From Trichodelitschia bisporula (Eukaryota), in contig ML996696.1 in assembly GCA_010356995.1 (NCBI GenBank), positions 684,364 to 748,363 on the forward strand: 64,000 nt of DNA. Direction: 5' to 3'. The notes beneath the pieces are model-generated. The model was not told where the DNA came from and made no database searches. It worked only from the letters and a program-made list of their open reading frames with translations. Every line of letters begins with the position of its first letter. The first letter of the stretch is position 1. Below, piece after piece: positions 59,519 through 64,000 of the stretch. Position numbers and translations under genes: made by a program.

Positions 59519-60528
59519 ATGGCGACCAAAGAAGGCGCGCCGGCGCACGGCGTTGTTGCACATCTGCTCCCGCCGCGGTACAAGCGGCAGATATCCGAGT
59601 GGCTCGAAGAGGACACACCCAGCTTCGACTATGGCGGGTTCGTAGTTGGGGAGGAACCAGCGGAGGCGAAGTTGCTGGGAAAGAGCGAGGTAAAACTTCT
59701 AATCGCTTCATAAATTTGCCCTTCAATATCAATCCACGACTGGATATCTCCCGATTCTACAAGACACCAAGCTAACCCCCCCCCCCCCCCCAGGGCATAA
59801 TCGCCGGCCTCCCCTTCGTAACCGAAGTCTTCACACAGCTGGGCTGCACCATAACCTGGCACATCCCCGAAGGCACCCCCCTCTCGCCAATCCAGCACTG
59901 CGCCACCGTCACCGGCCCCGCCCGCTGCATCCTCCTCGGCGAGCGCGTCGCCCTCAACACCCTCGCCCGCTGCTCCGGCATCGCAACCGCCACCTCGCGC
60001 ACCCTCTCCCTCCTCCGCTCCGCCGGATACACCAACACCCTCGCCGGCACGCGCAAAACCACGCCCGGTTTCCGGCTCGTCGAGAAATACGGCATGCTGG
60101 TCGGAGGGGCAGACCCGCACCGCCAGGACCTGAGCGCCATGACTATGTTGAAGGATAACCATGTGTGGGCGTGCGGAGGTTCGATTACAGCGGCCGTGCA
60201 CGCCGCCAAAGCCGCCGGGGGGTTTGCGGTTAAGGTCGAGGTGGAGTGTAGGAGCATTGAGGAGGCGCATGAGGCGGTGGCGGCGGGGGCGGAGGTGGTG
60301 ATGTTGGATAATTTTAGCGCGGAGGGGAGTAGAGCCGCTGCCCGGGAACTGAAGGAGCGATGGGGGCGGCAGGTGCTGGTGGAGGTTAGTGGGGGGTTGA
60401 CGGCGGAGAATGTTGGTGGGTATGTTAGCCCGGACATTGATGTTATCAGCACGAGCTCTATCCATCAGGGCGTCAAGCATGTCGACTTTTCGCTCAAGAT
60501 TGTCCCCAAGGACAAGACGGCGGCGTAG
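59519..60528 (+). CDS. BNA6: Nicotinate-nucleotide pyrophosphorylase (quinolinate phosphoribosyltransferase)
   Basis: WLEEDTPSFDYGGFVVG, LLGERVALNTLARCSGIAT, GTRKTTPGFRLVEKYGML, HRQDLS..MLKDNH, VEVEC, VMLDNF, EVSGG and HVDFSLK. Intron at 59690-59793. Confidence 0.96.
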
Positions 60529-60771
60529 TCGGCGGGGTCTGCCATCAGTAGCACTGCAAATCAAGTGAAACATCAGGTTTACTATTGACAGGCCCGAAAG
60601 ACCATAGTGCCGCGAAAGCACTACTAGTATGACAGAATTATCACTGACAAAACTCATGAATTCACAATGCCCTTACACCAAGCCCCCGGTGCCATAAGCT
60701 GAGTCCATGAAAAAGGCCTCCCTCACTCTGAGCGCCAGACGCCATTACCCAACGAGTACAAGTTTTAACAC

Positions 60772-62506
60772 TTAATCATGCTTCGACTTCTTCTTCTTCT
60801 TTGCGCTCTCGTCTCCGCCGACATCACTCTTCCGCTTCTTCTTCTTCTCGGGCTCGTCGGCCCCAACATCGCTTTTCCGCTTCTTCTTCTTCTCCACAGA
60901 TTCAGCACCAACGTCCTTCTTCGCCTTCTTCGGCGTCTCATCAATGTCCATGGCGTCGGCGTCCATCGACTTCCTTGACTTCTTCTCCTTCTTTTCCTTC
61001 TTGTCCTTCTTCGGGGTCTTTTCAATCTCCATAGCATCGACGTTGATGTCACCCAGAACAGTATTCATGGCATTCGTCTGCTTCAATTAGCATTTATTAT
61101 TCCAGTCTAGCAAAAGACTCACCATCGCAGTTTCGTTCTTCGTGGGGGCCGCGCCGGTCGCATAGAACTCGATGCGCTCCTCCACCTGGCGCTTCAGCGC
61201 CTCGCCGAAGACGGTCGACGGGTTCTCGGAGAAGTTGTCAATACGGGAAGCGATAGAGCACTTGTTGGCCAAGAAGCGCGATATCCGGCCCTTGTTCTTG
61301 GTGGCCGTGCGGCCGATGAACGAGGAGTGGTAGATCAAGCCATACTTGGGCGTGTTGCCCTTGGTCTTAAGCGCGCGGAAAAGGGCCTTCTCAGCACCGA
61401 GGATCTGTACTGTCGAGGCTGCGTACTTGGCCAGGTTGGTCAAGCTGCCCGCCTTGGAGATGAGGCGAGCGCCAACCGTCTCGCCGATCAAGGTCGCGAG
61501 GTTAGGCGCAACGATTGCCATCTTGCTGACCAGGTAGCTCTGTAGGCTCTTCCGGCACTCACCAAGCGACACAGTGCGCTTAGCGAAAGTGAGGACGGTC
61601 TCGAGGTCCGTGGGGGAGATCTCGCGACCCATGCTGACCTTGGCAGCGGTGATGATGCTCTGCGCAACGCCCTCGTCGTCGTTAACGATAGCCGCAAGCT
61701 CATGCAGACGCTCGTCGGACAGCGTGTTCTTGTCGCCGATAAACATGACGAGCTTGCCGTAGGTCAGGTTGTCAGACACCAGCTTGATCAGTTCGGGGAA
61801 GTGCCAGGAATACCATTCGCGGACGCGCATGGCAAAAGTGTTGACGGCCTTGTCGAGGTGATCGAGAATGGCAATGGACTGGATGATATGGTTGTCATTC
61901 TTGGTGACGCTGAACTTGACCTTTGCGCGGGAGTAGGCGTGACCCAGGCCGAGTTGCGAGCGCGAGATATCGCCTTCCTGCAGCTGCTTGAGGAGCTTTT
62001 CGGCGTGCAGACGGATCCCACGAAGCAGGTCTGCGACGACCTCGCTAGTCTCGCCCGTCTCGCAGTCAATGTACGGAAGGCCAGCCTTGATGCTGGCAGC
62101 AAGATTCTTGTCCGAGACACCGAGAGTAACCTTGCTCTTCTTGCCAGGCTTGGGCAGGTTGGCTTCGAGGGTAGCGCGCAGGAAGTCAGACGCAAGGCCT
62201 TCCGAGATCTCGTTGGCGTTTTCGAGAGCTTGCGCGGCGCCCTGGAACGGAGCAAAAGAGACGACCGTCACCATTTTGCCTGCGAAGGATTAGCATAATG
62301 TACTTTTAGGGACGAACGAATGCGCACCGAAGGTCGCAAGATCCTGCGACTTCTCCTGCACCTCCTTGAGGCGGTTGCCAATGGTGTCGGCCTGCATCTT
62401 GACTTTGAAGACCTGTTGCGAATTAGTTTCACGGACGCCAGAAAAGCCTGAGGGTACGCACGGCATAGCCGACACTACTCTCGTGGAGCAGATAGTCAAC
62501 AGACAT
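60772..62506 (-). CDS. NOP56: Box C/D snoRNP protein Nop56 (Sik1)
   Basis: [86 protein letters not shown] and a KKE-rich tail. Introns at ~62413-62460, 62280-62326 and 61081-61122. Confidence 0.96.
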
Positions 62507-62866
62507 GGTGAAGCAATATTCTCGCTATCAGCGAGCAAGAAGCAAAGCGAGTCAAATTTGGGAGATGGTCGTGTTCGCGCAATGCCTCTGCGATGGAGTT
62601 GAAGCTTTGGCGTCGGTGGTTGGAAGGGCTGCGAACTTTTTCCATCAAATCGAACCAGGAGTGCGGGCGGTGAAATAGACTTGGCACGGCAAAACGTCGC
62701 GTGTGTGGGAAATTCACTGCGGGACGAGACCAAAGGGAACGAAGTAGCGCCGTGCAGAGACCAACCCCACCATCACCACATACCTCTCTGCTTCCCCACC
62801 ATATATCCCCTTCTCATCCTCTCGTCTTCGTAGAGAATTTCCCGCCAGCCAGTTCTCTTGCACATC

Positions 62867-64000
62867 ATGTCGGCTGCGCAGCTATTAAATCCCAAGGCGG
62901 AGTCCCGCGTATGTTGCCTGATGCAATATTTACCCCCTCGCTAACTCGCCTGCAGCGCCGTGGGGAAGCTCTGAAAGTCAACATCTCGGCTGGTGAAGGC
63001 CTGCAGCAGGTATACTTGACAGTATCGTACTGTATGGAACATGAGATGCTGAGATCGCGGCTAGGTTCTCGCCTCCAACCTGGGACCCACCGGTACCCTC
63101 AAGATGCTTGTGGACGGCTCGGGCGGCGTACGTGCTCTACTGCTTTCATGCAGCAGTAATAATAGCAGCGGCTAAGCAGTGTGTCCAGATCAAACTCACC
63201 AAAGATGGCAGCGTGCTGCTCCGAGAGATGCAAATACAGAACCCCACTGCTGTCATGATTGCGCGGGCGGCGACAGCTCAGGACGAAATCTGCGGCGATG
63301 GCACTACCTCGGTCGTGCTGCTGGTGGGTGAGCTGCTCAAGCAAGCAGATAGATGGCTCTCCGAAGGCCTACATCCGAGAATCATCACCGACGGTTACGA
63401 GATTGCAAAGACTGAGACCCTTAAGGTTCGCAGCTCCGCACTGTGAAGACTCTAGCTAATCCTTTAGTTCCTCGACACATTCAAGCTAGAGCGTGAGGTT
63501 GACCGCGAACTCCTACTCTCTGTCGCTCGCACATCGCTGTCGACGAAGATAAACTCCACACTAGCCGAGCAGCTCACGCCCGATATTGTGGACGCCGTCC
63601 TGGCCATCTATGAGCCTCCCGCGAAGCCGGATCTTCACATGATTGAAATCATGACGATGCAGCATCGGACCGCGGCGGATACACAGCTGATTCGGGGGTT
63701 GGCTCTGGATCACGGTGCCCGGCATCCCGATATGCCGAAGCGGGTCGAGAACGCCTTCATCCTGACACTGAACGTCAGCCTCGAGTACGAAAAATCAGAG
63801 ATCAACTCTGGTTTCTATTACTCGAGCGCCGATCAGCGCGAGAAGCTGGTGGAGAGCGAGCGACGGTTTGTGGACGAGAAGCTGCGTAAGATCATTGCCC
63901 TCAAGAAGGACGTGTGCGGCACCGACCCGAAGAAGAACTTTGTCATCATCAACCAGAAGGGCATTGACCCGCTCAGCCTGGATGTTCTGGCCAAGAACGG
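62867..64000 (+). CDS. CCT6: T-complex protein 1 subunit zeta; runs off the window
   Basis: [87 protein letters not shown]. Four short introns. Divergent from NOP56, 360 bp apart. Confidence 0.97.

Noticed and set aside
59629..60657. 342-aa - strand ORF
   Set aside because: Antisense shadow of BNA6.
1..64000. tRNA/rRNA genes, transposase, reverse transcriptase or Starship captain
   Set aside because: No cloverleaf, rRNA-like sequence, or DDE, RT or tyrosine-recombinase motifs were recognised by eye. A tRNAscan/Rfam/HMM search would be needed to exclude them fully.

Overview
This is GC-rich genomic DNA from a filamentous ascomycete (Pezizomycotina), with short GT-AG introns of mostly 42-70 nt and CTAAC/CTGAC branch sites. 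About 22 protein-coding genes are recognisable, mostly housekeeping: eIF3e, Img2/mL49, cutinase, ACO1, BUD20, a 2OG-Fe(II) oxygenase, a BTB protein, a DUF2235/Tle1-like hydrolase, an ELYS-like nucleoporin, a group II PLP decarboxylase, CHO1, SWI1/ARID, an Hrt3/Pof7-like F-box protein, an Mtm1/SLC25A39-like carrier, a RING-like protein, an MBL-fold protein (broken by an N gap), a LaeA-like methyltransferase, a Con-10-like protein, UNG1, a large uncharacterised protein, BNA6, NOP56 and CCT6. The stand-out feature is a ~10 kb gene-free block (~36.5-46.7 kb) made of several successive degenerate tandem arrays. These have conserved units separated by hypervariable linkers. The units form stem-loops with visible compensatory changes and G-U pairs that work only on the + strand. 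The block begins just downstream of a TATAAA box enclosed in a perfect 10-bp inverted repeat. It is a candidate polycistronic structured non-coding RNA or repeat-spacer locus of unknown function. All calls were made by eye from the sequence; no searches or folding programs were run.
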